Shown: positions 62,601 to 64,000 of the stretch, piece after piece
Layout: every line of letters begins with the position of its first letter
Numbering within the stretch: the stretch's first letter is position 1
DNA from: Klebsormidium nitens
Lineage: Eukaryota > Plantae > Klebsormidiophyceae
Reading direction: 5' to 3'
Assembly: GCA_000708835.1 (NCBI GenBank)
Contig: DF237176.1
Span: forward strand, 62,001 to 126,000
Length of the DNA: 64,000 bases
Program-made: the position numbers and the translations under genes
Notes under the pieces: model-generated
Databases searched by the model: none
Seen by the model: only the letters and a program-made list of their open reading frames with translations
What the model was told of the DNA's origin: nothing

Positions 62601-64000
62601 TGCCGACGGAAGCGGATCCCAAAACGGTGAGGCCCGACTTGCGACGTTGCCGTGTGTTAGGTCGCAGACATCCGGATAAGCAAGTGAGGTGATTGTCATC
62701 GAAACGGAAACGAAAGGAGTTGAGCGGAAAGAGTCTGCCCTATCTTGATAGAAGGGTCCTAGAAAACATGATCAGCTTTTTCTATCAAGAAACTCGTGTT
62801 GACGGTCCGGTTTGCCTTCATCTCCTGCGCCGCCATTTTATTGCTTGTGGATCTGTTTAACCCCTGTGCGCCGATCCGCTAGTTGGAGAATTCCAGTCCT
62901 CCAAGTCGGCAGAGACTTTGTCTCTCCTGGGATCTCGGTCTGGTTACTGCGCAAATTCTTATTGAGGCAAAGCTGTGCTTTCGCCCCCTCTACCGATTCG
63001 ATATTCGCTAGCTTTGACATGGCCAGCGCGGATAAAAAGTCTGTATCAAGATTTGTGTCAACGTCACATACTACCAGCAGGAGTATGGAAGGTAGGATTG
63101 GCGGCTGAATTCGTTATTCACTTGGCAGAATCCTAGCAAAGCCCTTAGGGCCTCAGAAAACAAACACCAGTGTAGTGAGTAGCAGATGCATCTCGCAGAT
63201 TAAAGCTGTCAACTGCCAACAAACCTTATATTCCTGTGCTTCTTCGCTTTGCAGGCGGTACTCGAGTCGTGGGGCTTTTTGGACGCGGAGCTCGTCCACC
63301 CCGCTACTCTTCCCGCCATGATCGCCGACTTCCAAGCGGGGGACCAGAGCGTGATTGCTCGTGCCTTCGGTAAGACGCCACCTGTTTCTCGTCTTTCTTG
63401 GATCTCGATGCGGTCTTTCAGCGACGCTCTTCTTCCTGTAAACTCTTCGATGTGTTCCCAGGCTACACGCTGCGCTTCCAGCCCCACAAGCTCGCCTCCA
63501 TTTCGCAAACTCTGCTCTAACCGGCACGCTGCTGGATCCTTTTCCTGCTTGGTGTCTACCACTTTTTCTGCCTTCATGCAAGCTTTCTCGACCTCGGCCT
63601 TTGCGAACGCCGTAACAACCTTTCCAAATCTCTGTTCCTCATTTCTCTCCTGACATGTTCCAGGCTACACGCTCCGCATCCAGTCCACAAGCCCGTGTCT
63701 GTCGTGCAAGTTGCGGCGGCGCTCGTATTTTAGCTTTTGAACATGCTTACTTTTATAAAGTACGCGTTTCGGTTTTCAGGTCTACCACTTTTCTTCTGTT
63801 CATCTTTGATTCTTTCGGATCTCAGAGCCTCGATTTGCGCGAACAAACATATCATACTCCTTTTCCAATATTTTTCTTGACCTCTTTCGCAGGCTACACG
63901 CTCCGCTTCCAGCCTCACAAGCCCGTCTCCGTAGCGCAAGCCGCGGCGGCGCTCGCGGCCGGCTCCGCATCCGAAACAGTGTCCGAGCGCGTGTCCGAAA
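56698..64000 (+). CDS. Plastid-envelope S-layer-homology (SLH) domain protein of the plant At5g23890/At5g52410 type; 3'-partial; apparent frameshift at 60294-60301
   Basis: Exons 56698-57256 (transit-peptide-like), 58076-58153 (TM helix VVGLTAGGLVLAIVLFL), 58792-60453, 60917-61005, 61499-61593, 62023-62104, 62545-62626, 63255-63369, 63893->end. Motifs: VDKAQLQALQALQKL, CSRRDFARWL, AFDDVTFDDEDFAAIQGLAEAGII, PLTRQDLVRWKMAL, GFLD, AFGYTLRFQPHKPVSVAQAAAALA. Confidence 0.88.
58971..59220 (+). repeat. In-frame two-copy repeat (147-nt period) in the SLH gene's acidic linker
   Basis: PVESAQSEKKDESGGFGKSV..SVASLVPGF and PVENAQSEKKDESSGIGKSV..EVSALVPGL, starting at 58971 and 59118. Confidence 0.9.

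Noticed and set aside
1-64000. Most of the supplied 60-240-aa ORFs (e.g. 554-1033, 3700-4194, 13191-13646, 42974-43690, 59062-59643, 60780-61337)
   Set aside because: They are antisense or out-of-frame shadows of spliced genes, or intronic open frames; real exons were taken only where splice phases and family motifs agree.

Overview
Intron-rich eukaryotic nuclear DNA with canonical GT-AG introns. Gene content (plant-type LACS, plastid SLH-domain gene, plant-type SAP30 domain) and a CCCTAAAA telo-box suggest a streptophyte green alga, possibly Klebsormidium-like; this assignment is inference. I spliced all gene models by hand, checking splice phase at each junction. From start to end: (1) a long-chain acyl-CoA synthetase on the minus strand, with its 3' end outside the window; (2) a hAT-type MITE; (3) a SEC14/CRAL-TRIO gene on the plus strand; (4) a four-gene cluster of small membrane proteins with a Pro/Gln/Tyr-rich N-terminus and a shared CCxTPDW...LPLCRTP motif, arranged +,+,-,+, where the first two come from a ~3.5 kb tandem duplication; (5) a 15-exon, ~1016-aa gene with two ATP-grasp domains that closely resembles animal carnosine synthase CARNS1; (6) a possible unannotated minus-strand gene; (7) a Tourist-like MITE; (8) a gene fusing zinc-finger/PHD modules to a SAP30 Sin3-binding domain; (9) an uncharacterised minus-strand gene with an assembly gap; (10) a plastid SLH-domain gene running off the right end, with an apparent homopolymer frameshift. 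The best leads are the CARNS1-like enzyme in an alga, the PHD-SAP30 fusion, the membrane-protein cluster, and repeated 'echo' copies of exon ends (most keeping their splice sites) inside neighbouring introns. I found no rRNA, tRNA or CRISPR. All family assignments come from remembered motifs; no database search was run.
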